Below are positions 9,506-20,031 of a stretch of DNA of 64,000 nucleotides, piece after piece. How positions within the stretch are numbered: position 1 is the first letter of the stretch; every line of letters begins with the position of its first letter. Source of the stretch: an uncultured Holdemania sp. (GTDB taxonomy: Bacteria; Bacillota_I; Bacilli_A; Erysipelotrichales; Erysipelotrichaceae); assembly GCA_904395815.1 (NCBI GenBank), contig CAJFOC010000009.1:20642-84641 (forward strand), read 5' to 3'. The notes under the pieces were generated by a model. That model was not told the DNA's origin. It was given only the letters and a program-made list of their open reading frames with translations, and searched no databases. Both the position numbers and the translations under genes were made by a program.

Positions 9506-10648
9506 TTAATACTTTCTCCACACCATCTTATTTACCACACCTGTATAGCTCTGAATCAGCTTCACTACCTTTGTACTGACATTCAAATCTCCATAGTCCG
9601 GAACCGGGATGCCATTGTCTCCATTTCGCACCATCATGACCGCTGTATCCACTGCCTGCAGTACCTGCTCGGTTGTAATTCCGGCAAGGATAAAATTTCC
9701 TTTATCCAAGGCTTCCGGACGTTCGGTACTGGTACGAATGCAGACCGCAGGAAACGGCTGACCAATGGAATTGAAGTAACTGGATTCTTCCGGCAGTGTT
9801 CCGCTGTCGCTGACAACCGCAAAAGCATTCATCTGAAGATGATTGTAATCATGGAATCCCAGCGGCTCATGAGTCCTCACCCGTATATCCAGCGCAAACT
9901 GCTGGCTTTCCAATCGTTTTTTACTGCGCGGATGACAGGAATACAAAACCGGCATATAATACCGCCCTGCCATCGCATTGATTGCCGTAAACAGGCTGAT
10001 AAAGTTTTTATCCGTGTCGATATTTTCTTCACGATGTGCTGAAAGTAAAATATATCGTCCTTTTTCCAGCCCCAGTTTCTGCAGAATTGTGCTGTTCTGA
10101 ATGGATTTCAGATTGGCATGCAGCACTTCCGCCATGGGCGAACCCACTACATACGTTCTTTCTCTGGCGGTTCCTTCTGAGTTCAGATAGCGTCGTGCAT
10201 GTTCGCTGTAACAGAGATTCACATCCGCGATGTGATCCACAATGCGGCGATTTGTCTCTTCCGGCAAACATTCATCAAAGCAGCGATTTCCTGCTTCCAT
10301 ATGAAAAATAGGAATATGAAGACGTTTTGCGCTGATAGCGGAAAGACAGCTGTTGGTATCGCCAAGAATAAGAAGCGCATCCGGCCGAACCTTTCTCATC
10401 AGTTTGTAGCTCTGAGCAATGATATTGCCTATCGTTTCTCCCAGATCCGCCCCGACAGCATCAAGATAATAATCCGGCGCTCTTAATCCCAGATCCTCAA
10501 AAAAGATCTGATTCAGAGTGTAATCATAATTCTGGCCTGTATGGACCAGAATCTGATCAAAATACAGGTCGCATTTTTTAATTACTTCCGAAAGACGGAT
10601 GATTTCCGGTCGGGTACCGATAATGGTCATCAATTTCAATTTACTCAT
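9506..10648 (-). CDS. fnlC: UDP-2-acetamido-2,6-dideoxy-L-talose 2-epimerase (FnlC/Cap5G/WbjD)
   Basis: GTRPEIIRLS, HTGQNYD, HMEAGNRCFD and SDSGT motifs; third gene of the fnlABC triad. Confidence 0.88.
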   Translation of the reverse strand: MSKLKLMTIIGTRPEIIRLSEVIKKCDLYFDQILVHTGQNYDYTLNQIFFEDLGLRAPDYYLDAVGADLGETIGNIIAQSYKLMRKVRPDALLILGDTNSCLSAISAKRLHIPIFHMEAGNRCFDECLPEETNRRIVDHIADVNLCYSEHARRYLNSEGTARERTYVVGSPMAEVLHANLKSIQNSTILQKLGLEKGRYILLSAHREENIDTDKNFISLFTAINAMAGRYYMPVLYSCHPRSKKRLESQQFALDIRVRTHEPLGFHDYNHLQMNAFAVVSDSGTLPEESSYFNSIGQPFPAVCIRTSTERPEALDKGNFILAGITTEQVLQAVDTAVMMVRNGDNGIPVPDYGDLNVSTKVVKLIQSYTGVVNKMVWRKY

Positions 10649-11811
10649 TCCTGATCTTCCCCTTTCACTTTCAGAGCGTACGTATCCGGCTTATCGGGGT
10701 TAAAGCACTCATTACACCACATAATAGTCACCAAATCGGTATCTCCGTCATTGATGATGTTGTGCGTATAACCGGTTGGAATATCTACGACTTCTATTTT
10801 ATCACCGCTGACCGGGACTTCAATGACCGATTCTTCCCCTACTTTTCGAAATTGAATTCGGCCCTGCCCGCTAACCACAATGAATTTTTCATTTTTGGTA
10901 TGATGCCAGTGTTCTCCCTTGGTTATTCCCGGTTTGGAGATGTTGACGGACAACTGTCCGCGATCTGCGGTACGGAAGATTTCCGTAAAACTGCCCCGCG
11001 CGTCCACATTCATGGTTAACGGATAACTGAACTGATCTTCAGGCAAATAGCTGAGATAGGTGGAATACAGCTTTTTTGAAAAACTGTTTTCTGTCATGTC
11101 AGGAATCCGTTTGTCCGTGCGGCTTTGCCGGAAAGAATACAGAAGATCCGTGATTTCTTTCAAAGTGACATGATAAACAGTGGGAACAACTGCAAACCCC
11201 GCTTCATCTCGATGGACCTTGCCTGACAGCAATCCAACAAGTTCTGTCACCACATCATCAATATAAACAAGATTCAGCTGCGTAGCAGGATTATTAACCT
11301 GAATTGGCAGCTGACGGGCAATGTTATAACAAAACGTCGCCACAACCGAATTGTAATTCGGGCGGCACCATTTTCCAAATACGTTAGGAAAACGATAGAG
11401 ATAAACAGGAGCGCCTGTTTCCTCTCCATATCGTAAAAGACATTCTTCACCGGCTTTCTTGCTTATACCATACGGATTATCCAGTTCCGCCTGAATGGAG
11501 GAAGAAAGCATCACCGGACAAGGATTGTTATACTGTCTCAACAAGTCCAGCAGCATCGAAAAGAATCCAGCATTTCCCTTCATGAATTCGTCCTGTGTTT
11601 CAGGGCGATTCACCCCGGCAAGATGAAAGACAAAATCGCATTGGGAACAGAATTCTCTCAGTTCGTCGAGTGAATTCTGTCTGTCATAGGAAAAGATTTC
11701 CAGATTCTCAAAAACACCAAAAGACCGGTCTTTGCCGGTCTGTATATTTTCAAGAGTCGCAACCAGGTTTTTCCCGATAAAGCCTCTGGCGCCTGTGATT
11801 AAGATTTTCAT
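10645..11811 (-). CDS. fnlB: Epimerase/reductase with C-terminal cupin (FnlB/Cap5F/WbjC)
   Basis: ITGARGFIG, NVFGKWCRPNYNSVVATFC and HWHHTKNEKF motifs. Confidence 0.9.
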   Translation of the reverse strand: MKILITGARGFIGKNLVATLENIQTGKDRSFGVFENLEIFSYDRQNSLDELREFCSQCDFVFHLAGVNRPETQDEFMKGNAGFFSMLLDLLRQYNNPCPVMLSSSIQAELDNPYGISKKAGEECLLRYGEETGAPVYLYRFPNVFGKWCRPNYNSVVATFCYNIARQLPIQVNNPATQLNLVYIDDVVTELVGLLSGKVHRDEAGFAVVPTVYHVTLKEITDLLYSFRQSRTDKRIPDMTENSFSKKLYSTYLSYLPEDQFSYPLTMNVDARGSFTEIFRTADRGQLSVNISKPGITKGEHWHHTKNEKFIVVSGQGRIQFRKVGEESVIEVPVSGDKIEVVDIPTGYTHNIINDGDTDLVTIMWCNECFNPDKPDTYALKVKGEDQE

Positions 11812-11821
11812 CGGCTCAGCT

Positions 11822-12898
11822 TCACTTTCCTTTCCCCATTGCTGCAAGCTCCTGCTGTATGTACGACAGCTGCAGAAGTTTTTCTTTTACCTGTTCCGCA
11901 TTCAGCAGTTCTGTATTGTTGGAATTGAATTCGGAAAGCTTTGTTCTTTCCAGATTGCCATTTTTGAAGTAATTATCATAATTCAAATCTCGCTTGTCAC
12001 ACGGTACCCGATAGAAATTCCCCATATCCACAGCATTGGCGCATTCTTCATTGGTCAGCAGTGTTTCATACATCTTTTCACCATGCCGGATTCCAATCAC
12101 TTTGATTTCATGTCCTGGATCAAACAAGTCCGCAACTGCCTTGGCCAGGACTTCAATCGTGCAGGCCGGTGCCTTCTGAACCATGATATCGCCTGATTCT
12201 GCATGATGAAAAGCAAAAACCACTAATTCTACCGCCTCGTTTAAACTCATAATAAACCGAGTCATGGAAGGCTCTGTAACAGTCATCGGTTTTCCCGCCT
12301 TGATCTGATCAATGAACAGAGGAATGACGGAGCCTCTGGAACACATCACATTCCCATACCGCGTGCAGCAAATCGTTGTTTTATCTGGAGAAACCGTTCT
12401 TGACTTCGCTACGATCACCTTTTCCATCATGGCTTTGGAGGTTCCCATTGCATTGACAGGATAAGCTGCTTTATCCGTAGACAGGCAGATGACCTTTTTT
12501 ACTCCCGCTTCAATCGCTGCCGTCAGCACATTGTCTGTTCCAATGACATTGGTTTTGACGGCTTCCATCGGAAAGAATTCACAGGAAGGAACCTGTTTCA
12601 GCGCGGCTGCATGGAAAATATAATCCACCCCGTGCATTGCGTTTTTAACGCTTTGCAGGTCACGGACATCCCCAATATAAAAACGGATTTTTTCAGATAA
12701 CTCCGGATACCGGGATTGATATTCGTGGCGCATGTCATCCTGTTTTTTCTCATCCCGCGAAAAAATACGGATTTCCTTCAGTTCTGTATTTAAAAACCGG
12801 TCTAAAACTGCATTTCCAAATGAACCTGTACCCCCGGTAATAAGCAATACTTTTCCCAGAAACATTTCTATTTTATTGCTCATAGTTTTATAAACCAT
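11822..12898 (-). CDS. fnlA: UDP-GlcNAc 4,6-dehydratase/5-epimerase (FnlA/Cap5E/WbjB); start uncertain (12865-12898)
   Basis: ITGGTGSFG, SRDEKKQDDMR, AALKQVPSCEFFP and STDKAAYP motifs. Confidence 0.9.
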   Translation of the reverse strand: MVYKTMSNKIEMFLGKVLLITGGTGSFGNAVLDRFLNTELKEIRIFSRDEKKQDDMRHEYQSRYPELSEKIRFYIGDVRDLQSVKNAMHGVDYIFHAAALKQVPSCEFFPMEAVKTNVIGTDNVLTAAIEAGVKKVICLSTDKAAYPVNAMGTSKAMMEKVIVAKSRTVSPDKTTICCTRYGNVMCSRGSVIPLFIDQIKAGKPMTVTEPSMTRFIMSLNEAVELVVFAFHHAESGDIMVQKAPACTIEVLAKAVADLFDPGHEIKVIGIRHGEKMYETLLTNEECANAVDMGNFYRVPCDKRDLNYDNYFKNGNLERTKLSEFNSNNTELLNAEQVKEKLLQLSYIQQELAAMGKGK

Positions 12899-13001
12899 TG
12901 GAATTTTCCATTTCCTTTCTAAATATATCAATTTTCACTTTAGAAATATCTGTGTCAACGATTTATGGCTCGGAACTATTTAATTAATTTAGAAACATCA
13001 T

Positions 13002-14132
13002 TCATTTTTGTCTCCATGGTACGTATTCACCTTTTTCCAAAATATCTGCTATCCTCTCACATGCATGACCGTCACCATATGGATTACACGCATGAGACAT
13101 TTTTTCGTACTCATTTCTATCTTCCAGCAATAATTTGAATGTTTTATAGATAGTTTCCTCATTTGTACCTACAAGTCGTAAAGCACCTGCTTCCACACCC
13201 TCTGGTCTCTCTGTCGTATCTCGCATGACAAGAACTGGAACACCATAACTAGGACATTCTTCCTGAATTCCACCGGAATCGGTTAAACACAGAAAACTCC
13301 TGGCTTCAAAATTATGACAATCGAATACCTCAATTGGTTCAATAATATGAATCTGCTTGCAATCGCCAAGTTCTTGATTTGCTATTTGCCTCACCGTCGG
13401 GTTCATATGAATTGGATAAATGGCTTTACATTCCGGGTGTTCATCCAAAACACGACGAATTGCTCGAAACATATGACGCATTGGTTCTCCCAAATTTTCT
13501 CGACGATGCGCTGTAATAAATATCATTTTAGAATTTCCAACCCACTCTAATTCCGGGTGAACATAATCTTTTTTCACTGTATGCTGCATAGCATCAATAA
13601 CGGTATTTCCTGTAATGTAAATGGTTGATGGATTTTTTCCCTCGCTAATAAGATGATCAGCCGCAAGTTTTGTTGGAACAAAATTATATTTGCTAATAAT
13701 TCCTACCGCTTGACGATTAAACTCCTCTGGGTATGGTGAATAGATATTATAGGTACGTAATCCTGCCTCCACATGGCCTACTGGAATGTGAAGATAGAAA
13801 CAGGCTAACGCAGTAACAAACGTCGTAGATGTATCGCCATGAACAAGAACAATATCAGGCTTAACTTCTTCTAAAACAACTTTAATTCCACTCAGAATAT
13901 TAATTGTAATATCAAACAATGTTTGCTGATTTCTCATAATATTTAAATCATAGTCAGGAATTACATTAAACGTTGTAAGTACCTGATCCAACATTTGCCG
14001 ATGCTGCGCAGTTACACAAACAACAATCTCCAATCCACTTCTCTTCTTCATTTCGTTAATTAATGGACAAAGTTTAATTGCTTCTGGCCTTGTACCAAAT
14101 ACGATCATCACTTTTTTAGTTTTAGGATTCAT
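13002..14132 (-). CDS. wecB: UDP-N-acetylglucosamine 2-epimerase (non-hydrolysing)
   Basis: FGTRPEAIK, TAQHRQMLDQ, HGDTSTT, HVEAGLRT and TDSGGIQEE motifs. Confidence 0.93.
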   Translation of the reverse strand: MNPKTKKVMIVFGTRPEAIKLCPLINEMKKRSGLEIVVCVTAQHRQMLDQVLTTFNVIPDYDLNIMRNQQTLFDITINILSGIKVVLEEVKPDIVLVHGDTSTTFVTALACFYLHIPVGHVEAGLRTYNIYSPYPEEFNRQAVGIISKYNFVPTKLAADHLISEGKNPSTIYITGNTVIDAMQHTVKKDYVHPELEWVGNSKMIFITAHRRENLGEPMRHMFRAIRRVLDEHPECKAIYPIHMNPTVRQIANQELGDCKQIHIIEPIEVFDCHNFEARSFLCLTDSGGIQEECPSYGVPVLVMRDTTERPEGVEAGALRLVGTNEETIYKTFKLLLEDRNEYEKMSHACNPYGDGHACERIADILEKGEYVPWRQK

Positions 14133-14227
14133 CTAGATCATCACTCTCATTTCATCTAAAATATTGAAGTAAAATTAATTATTACCATCTATCTGACGAC
14201 TAACAAAATACCATATTTATGAAATCT

Positions 14228-14941
14228 TTACAAAATCTTTCGTAGTTCTTCAATCCAGATGCTGTATCCATCTCCATTTAGGTGAACACCATCTTCACTA
14301 AACAGATATGCATTTACTGAGCTATCTGGATTCAAATATAAATCCAACAATGGCAGATATAAGATTTCATCGTATTCTTCAGAGATTCTTGAATATCCTG
14401 TATTAACCTCTTGAATAACCTGTACCGAATATCGAGGAGAAGGAAGAATATCACAAAGAATTAATTTGGTTCCAGGTAAATTCTTTTTTATTATTTCGAT
14501 AGATTGTTTCGCTGCTTCTAAAATTTCTTCTGAAGATGATCCTCCAGCTATATCATTAATTCCTACCATTAGAACAATAATATCAGGATCATGTTTAACT
14601 ACTTCATTAAGCCGATGCTGTATTCCTTTCCAGGTGTCTCCCTCAATCCCCCGATTCAATAAATCGAATGTTGGAAAAAACTCATTCCAATCTATATATG
14701 CGGTAATACTGTCGTCAAGAAACACAACATCCGTTTTTTCGGAATTTAATTCAAATGTAGACAACCGTGCATCATATTTAAAATTCGTATTACTCCCTTT
14801 ATATTGTATATCTAGCTTAGATACACAAAAGTATATATTAATACTCAATGATAATATCAAAATGATATTCTTAAGCCTTTTTGATGAAAACAAATATTGC
14901 AGTATATGTTTAAATCTGTTTAACATATTCACCATTCCCAT
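14228..14941 (-). CDS. SGNH/GDSL hydrolase with N-terminal anchor; start uncertain (14926-14941)
   Basis: Block I LDDSIT, block II NRGIEG, block III VGIND and block V DGVH; hydrophobic N-terminus. Confidence 0.8.
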   Translation of the reverse strand: MGMVNMLNRFKHILQYLFSSKRLKNIILILSLSINIYFCVSKLDIQYKGSNTNFKYDARLSTFELNSEKTDVVFLDDSITAYIDWNEFFPTFDLLNRGIEGDTWKGIQHRLNEVVKHDPDIIVLMVGINDIAGGSSSEEILEAAKQSIEIIKKNLPGTKLILCDILPSPRYSVQVIQEVNTGYSRISEEYDEILYLPLLDLYLNPDSSVNAYLFSEDGVHLNGDGYSIWIEELRKIL

Positions 14942-16161
14942 TAAATATGATATACATCTGGTAAATCGCAAATGTTATGACAGTCGAGAACGACTTTATT
15001 AACCAGCTTATTTATATTTTCTTTAATTTCGTTATGTTTAACCATAATTACCACAAAATCAACAGCAGCAAGAAAATCATTCAAATCATGGTATTGATTT
15101 TTTACAATGTCCTTAGTAACAAATGGATCATAAACTTTCAATCCCACAGCAAGGTGCCGTGCCTGTGATTCAAGTAACTGAAGAGTTGGACTTTCTCTTA
15201 CATCATCTACGTTTTCTTTATAAGTCAAACCATAAAGCCCTACTCGGGTAATATCTGTCATACCCCTTTCTTTCATGATTTCATAAATGCGATTAAGAAC
15301 ATAATCTGGCATGCTCTCATTAGTTTTCATAGATTCATTAATAACTTTAGCAAGAGATGGATAATCACCAACCAAAAACCATGGATCAACAGATATACAA
15401 TGTCCTCCAACACCAGGACCTGGTTGCAAAATATTAACACGTGGATGCATGTTACAGATTTTAATTATCTCATATACATCCAAATCATCGTGCCGACAAA
15501 TCTTAGCAAGTTCATTTGCAAAAGCAATATTAACAGCTCTAAAGGTATTCTCCACAACCTTCGTCATTTCTGCTGTCTTAATATCTGTTATCACAATCTC
15601 ACCTTGACAAAAAGAGGCATAAAGTTTCTTAATTGCTTCACCAACCTTTTTATCATCTGCACCTATGGTACGATTATTATGAAGCAATTCGTATACCATA
15701 TTTCCAGGAATTATACGTTCTGGTGCATGAGCGAGATGAATATCCTCACCAATTTTAAAACCACACGCTTCAATTTCTGGACGGATAAATTTCTCAATAG
15801 TTCCAGGACTAACTGTCGATTCAATTACTACAGTTGCTCCTTTTGGCGCTACCTTTAATATTTCTTTAATGGCAGTTACAACATAACAAACATCAATTTT
15901 TTTACTGAATTTATCGTAAGGGGTCGGTACAGAAACGATATATGTATCAGTCACTTGATATTCTGTAGTAAATTTAATTCCAGCTTTTAAAGCATCTTGA
16001 AATAATCCATCAAGGCCATCTTCTTTAAATGTTGTTTTTCCCGCATTCAATGTTGCGATTAATTCTTTATCATAATCTGTACCAATAACCTCAACTCCAT
16101 GAGTTGACATCATCAAAGCTGTTGGAAGGCCAATGTAACCAAGTCCGATTATGTTGATCAT
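14941..16161 (-). CDS. wecC: UDP-ManNAc dehydrogenase
   Basis: GLGYIGLP, ESTVSPG, PERIIPG, KVVENTFRAVNIA and GPGVGGHC motifs. Confidence 0.9.
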   Translation of the reverse strand: MINIIGLGYIGLPTALMMSTHGVEVIGTDYDKELIATLNAGKTTFKEDGLDGLFQDALKAGIKFTTEYQVTDTYIVSVPTPYDKFSKKIDVCYVVTAIKEILKVAPKGATVVIESTVSPGTIEKFIRPEIEACGFKIGEDIHLAHAPERIIPGNMVYELLHNNRTIGADDKKVGEAIKKLYASFCQGEIVITDIKTAEMTKVVENTFRAVNIAFANELAKICRHDDLDVYEIIKICNMHPRVNILQPGPGVGGHCISVDPWFLVGDYPSLAKVINESMKTNESMPDYVLNRIYEIMKERGMTDITRVGLYGLTYKENVDDVRESPTLQLLESQARHLAVGLKVYDPFVTKDIVKNQYHDLNDFLAAVDFVVIMVKHNEIKENINKLVNKVVLDCHNICDLPDVYHI

Positions 16162-16165
16162 AATT

Positions 16166-18157
16166 CTAAATCTCCTTTTCCTTTTTAATTAGTTTACCAT
16201 ACCCATTTGAATAATAAATGAATTCTGGCTTATCTAGAAACTTTGTATTTGAATAATCAGTAATTATTAAACAATTTTCTGATAACTCAAATCTGCGTAC
16301 TACATATATATTTGAATAACTACATGATACTTGTATTATATTATCTGTAAATTCCATTAATTTACTATTAGTTCTTTGTTTTAGAGAAAAACAATTTTCA
16401 TTTATTAAATTCTGTTCTTCCCCAAAATAAGGGCTATTATGGGCCAAAACCGATCTGAACATATCTCGCCAATCACGAGACTCAGTATATACGTATGATC
16501 CCGGATCACATTGATATTCGATACCATTAGCATAAAACTCATAAGACAGTTTATCATTATGAGAATGTCCGCCTCTTCCATGCTGTCCAACCGCAGTGAT
16601 CGAAACTCCCAAATACATTGAGTCATTTTTGAATCCAACTAACCCAAAAGTCGGATAATAAAAAGGTACAATATCTTGCAAAACAATGGGATGATCAACC
16701 TCTATTATTTTCGACTGTTTATGAAATAAATTTACATAATTAGCCTGATCATTTTGTCTAAATAAATTGTAACCTTTATTTCTATATTTTCTCAATTTAT
16801 CGACTATTCCTGAAGATATGAACGACTCGGCAAATAAACTACTGAATATCGAAGTGGTTTTTTTGTAGCTAAATAACACTCCAATAACATATTCTATTTC
16901 CTTACAACTAAGTTCATTTTCATCCCATATCATATTCATACTCAATGAAGATGTAAGATCATACTTTGATCTATATTGATCGATTGTTAGAAAATCTCCA
17001 AAATGATAAAATCGAAACAAATGGCCGCTGTCATTATCTCCCAATTGATAAATATTCCCATTTGGTTTTATCGCATCAAGCATCATTCCCATTGCCCGAG
17101 CTAATTTTTCAATCATTCTATCATCACTACAAATTATTTCTGTATACTTTTTGAGCAATACATTATGATTTGATAACGAAAAAATACGATGTAATCCATA
17201 TATTGCTAATTCAAGAGAAAGACGATGATATGGTAAAGAACTTTCAAAATTTCCCCCATCATCATAAAATTGTTCATCTACCGAGGAAATCAATTGTTTA
17301 ATAGAAAATTCTTGAATCTTTTTAATTTCTCCCTCTGAAGAAAAAAAAGTACTTGAATATAGGAGCCCTACTATATCTGCTAGATAATGATTTCCTCTAT
17401 AACCTCGTTGATCTTCTAAGTGATATCTGATAAATATGCAATGTTGATATATCGCTTTTGAAATTATATCTTCTATTTCTTTGTTCAAATTCTCATGAAT
17501 TAAATCCAGAGCCATAACCCAATTAGAAACTCTGATCGCTACATCCATTGTGCATTTCCAATTTACTCCATATCCAATCGGATTGCTCAAGATAAAGTCA
17601 AGAATTACACATAAAATTTCGTTTTTATACCGCTTTTCACCTGTTTTTCTATAGAGACGAGCCAAAAATGGAAGATGTTGACATCGAGCTAATTCCCATG
17701 GAATTTTAATATCGTATCCTTTCGAGTCTTCAATTTGTATTAATTCACTTTTTTGCAATATATCAAACAAATAATTATTTTTAAAATCTTCTTGCCATTC
17801 CAGCAACTTATACATAGGATTTATTCTTTTAATTTCTTTCAATATCAAAGATAAATCAAATGAATTAATTCTCTGAATTTGATCAAGCGATATATTATGT
17901 TTTTGCTCAATTCTTTTAGGTCCACTTCCCAGCATATTAAAAATATGATTACAACACATATCTGCCAATAATAAATCAGAATTAGATATCTCTGATTCAT
18001 CAATAGTAATTTGAATCACACTCCTTGGGGGATGAAAAGATAAAATTAACTTGCGATATAGATGCTGTCGTCTTATTTTAACTATTTTTTCAGCGAAAAA
18101 TAAATAGATCTCTTGTATGCTTTTTCCTCTTATTCGATCTATAAAATTAACCTTCAT
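16166..18157 (-). CDS. Heparinase II/III-like (alginate-lyase fold) protein
   Basis: KIPWELARCQH, GVNWKCTMDVAIR, GNHYLAD, ESSLPYHR, GDNDSG and GGHSHND motifs; GAGG RBS before ATG 18157. Confidence 0.85.
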   Translation of the reverse strand: MKVNFIDRIRGKSIQEIYLFFAEKIVKIRRQHLYRKLILSFHPPRSVIQITIDESEISNSDLLLADMCCNHIFNMLGSGPKRIEQKHNISLDQIQRINSFDLSLILKEIKRINPMYKLLEWQEDFKNNYLFDILQKSELIQIEDSKGYDIKIPWELARCQHLPFLARLYRKTGEKRYKNEILCVILDFILSNPIGYGVNWKCTMDVAIRVSNWVMALDLIHENLNKEIEDIISKAIYQHCIFIRYHLEDQRGYRGNHYLADIVGLLYSSTFFSSEGEIKKIQEFSIKQLISSVDEQFYDDGGNFESSLPYHRLSLELAIYGLHRIFSLSNHNVLLKKYTEIICSDDRMIEKLARAMGMMLDAIKPNGNIYQLGDNDSGHLFRFYHFGDFLTIDQYRSKYDLTSSLSMNMIWDENELSCKEIEYVIGVLFSYKKTTSIFSSLFAESFISSGIVDKLRKYRNKGYNLFRQNDQANYVNLFHKQSKIIEVDHPIVLQDIVPFYYPTFGLVGFKNDSMYLGVSITAVGQHGRGGHSHNDKLSYEFYANGIEYQCDPGSYVYTESRDWRDMFRSVLAHNSPYFGEEQNLINENCFSLKQRTNSKLMEFTDNIIQVSCSYSNIYVVRRFELSENCLIITDYSNTKFLDKPEFIYYSNGYGKLIKKEKEI

Positions 18158-19358
18158 TAAATTTAACCTCTTTAATTTTTGCATTAATAATTATTTTTGC
18201 ATGTATTCTTGACGAAATATTAACAATTCCATACGAAGTCATTGTGATAATCGCCGTTCCTACTGATCCAAATCTTGGAATTAAGATATAATTTCCTAAA
18301 ATAGCAATAATAATCCCAATAGTAAATCTGCTGCAGATGCTTAAATATTTTTTTTCTTTAATCAGCAAATTGTTATAGGGAGATCCCCAAAATGAAAGAA
18401 TAGCAGAAATACATAAAATCCTAAATACCCCTATAGATTCAGGATATTTTCCGCCATCAATTATTGGAAGAAGATATGGAGCAATCCACATAGCAATACC
18501 AACACCTACAAACAAAACCAAGGAAAGCATATCCTGTTGTCTATACATTTTACGAATCTTTAAATAGTTTTCTTCGGATGATATTTTTGGAAGTAAAACA
18601 CTATTAACAGTATTTAAAAATAAGAGCATCATATTATAATATTTCAATGCGGATGAATATGCTGATACATTATAATCTGAACTCCATGTTTTTAGAGCAA
18701 GAACATCTACTTGCAGAAGAACAGCCATTAGTGCTGCATACGCAAATAAATACAATTGTTCTTTTTTAAAAAGAAAATCAAAAATCGGCCGAAAATCAGG
18801 CTTACGGAATAAATGAATTTTAATCTTTTTTCTAGTGAGAAATGGAATACATGATATCAATGAAATTGTCTGAAAGATAATTACGCTAATTGCAGATAAA
18901 TCATTTTTTTTACACAAATAACCTCCAATCACTAAAACAAGAAATGATGTAACCCGTATTATTTCAAGAATTACGTACATCTTAAATCGACATTGTTGCT
19001 GATACAAGATTCTTGAATAGGCAAATATACACGTTGATACCATCAATAGAATTAAGAGAAAAATATTCGATCTTACAGCCGGTTGGATAAACCAAAAGAC
19101 ACCAGTAATTATAACAGAAAGCAAAATCTCTATAAAAAGTAAAGTAGACTCTTTTCCTTTCAGAACAGAATAATCCACAATATACATCTTACCAAAAGAA
19201 CTAATAGCAATCTGATTAAATATATTCGTGCTAGCAACAAAGATTGTGTAAACAGCGTAATTAGTATCTGACATACTTCGAATCAATAATATGGTTGTTA
19301 CCATTGCTATAAGCTTTGCAACCATATCTATTGAAAAGACTTTAAAAATTATCTTCAT
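18147..19358 (-). CDS. wzx: Wzx flippase (island copy)
   Basis: About 400 aa, polytopic; YSSALKYY...LLPKIS and ILIPRFGSVGTA patterns. Confidence 0.8.
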   Translation of the reverse strand: MKIIFKVFSIDMVAKLIAMVTTILLIRSMSDTNYAVYTIFVASTNIFNQIAISSFGKMYIVDYSVLKGKESTLLFIEILLSVIITGVFWFIQPAVRSNIFLLILLMVSTCIFAYSRILYQQQCRFKMYVILEIIRVTSFLVLVIGGYLCKKNDLSAISVIIFQTISLISCIPFLTRKKIKIHLFRKPDFRPIFDFLFKKEQLYLFAYAALMAVLLQVDVLALKTWSSDYNVSAYSSALKYYNMMLLFLNTVNSVLLPKISSEENYLKIRKMYRQQDMLSLVLFVGVGIAMWIAPYLLPIIDGGKYPESIGVFRILCISAILSFWGSPYNNLLIKEKKYLSICSRFTIGIIIAILGNYILIPRFGSVGTAIITMTSYGIVNISSRIHAKIIINAKIKEVKFNEG

Positions 19359-19362
19359 TTCA

Positions 19363-20031
19363 CTATTCCTCAAATCCTGATATAAAATCTTCTATATTAG
19401 AAAATAAGTTTGCTTTTGCTTTTATCACACTAATATTTTTATCCCACCATTTAATTCTTAACAAGGAAGCTATTTCATCTTCTGTAAACCTGCTACCTAT
19501 CTTTCTGGCTGGAACGCCGACATAAATACCGTATGGTTCAGTGTTTTTTGTAACAACAGCACCAGCACCTATCACCGTACCATCTGCTATATTGATTCCT
19601 CCTAAAATTGTGACCTCATCACCGATCCAAACATCATTTCCTATTCTACAAGCATAATTGCACTCCTGCAGTCGGTCTGATATCCATATATTTTTTTCAC
19701 AAAATGTAAAACCTGCTTGCTTTTTAACTGAGAAGAAAGCCGGATGGATAGATACAATCTTATGAATAGGATGATCACCTAACGAAACGCGAATTCCAGC
19801 TCCAAGAGCACAGTATCTACCAATATATGTTTTATTGAAAACACAACCACTGCCCATATAAGATCCTAATCCTACGTACGCATCATATAAATGGCAGTCT
19901 CTATTTATAACATTCCTTCCTTCAAATGAAGTTGCCTTATTAAAAAATGTTCTTTCACCAATTCGAACATGTTTACGTTTAAGATATAAACGCATATACA
20001 TTCGCCATCCAGCAACTAATATCCTTCTCAT
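19363..20031 (-). CDS. CatB/Vat-like hexapeptide O-acetyltransferase
   Basis: IGRYCALG, IGNDVWIG, IGAGAVVTK, GVPARKI and IKWWD motifs; ATGA overlap with the upstream gene. Confidence 0.85.
   Translation of the reverse strand: MRRILVAGWRMYMRLYLKRKHVRIGERTFFNKATSFEGRNVINRDCHLYDAYVGLGSYMGSGCVFNKTYIGRYCALGAGIRVSLGDHPIHKIVSIHPAFFSVKKQAGFTFCEKNIWISDRLQECNYACRIGNDVWIGDEVTILGGINIADGTVIGAGAVVTKNTEPYGIYVGVPARKIGSRFTEDEIASLLRIKWWDKNISVIKAKANLFSNIEDFISGFEE

Noticed and set aside
9506-14132. Duplicated wecB
   Set aside because: The 9506 gene has FnlC-type motifs and belongs to fnlABC; the two enzymes act on different substrates.
16166-18157. Catabolic heparin lyase
   Set aside because: No signal peptide and no uptake or catabolic genes; the context is purely biosynthetic.
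19363-20031. CatB/Vat-like gene as antibiotic resistance
   Set aside because: It is coupled within a polysaccharide operon, and the hexapeptide fold is shared with sugar O-acetyltransferases.
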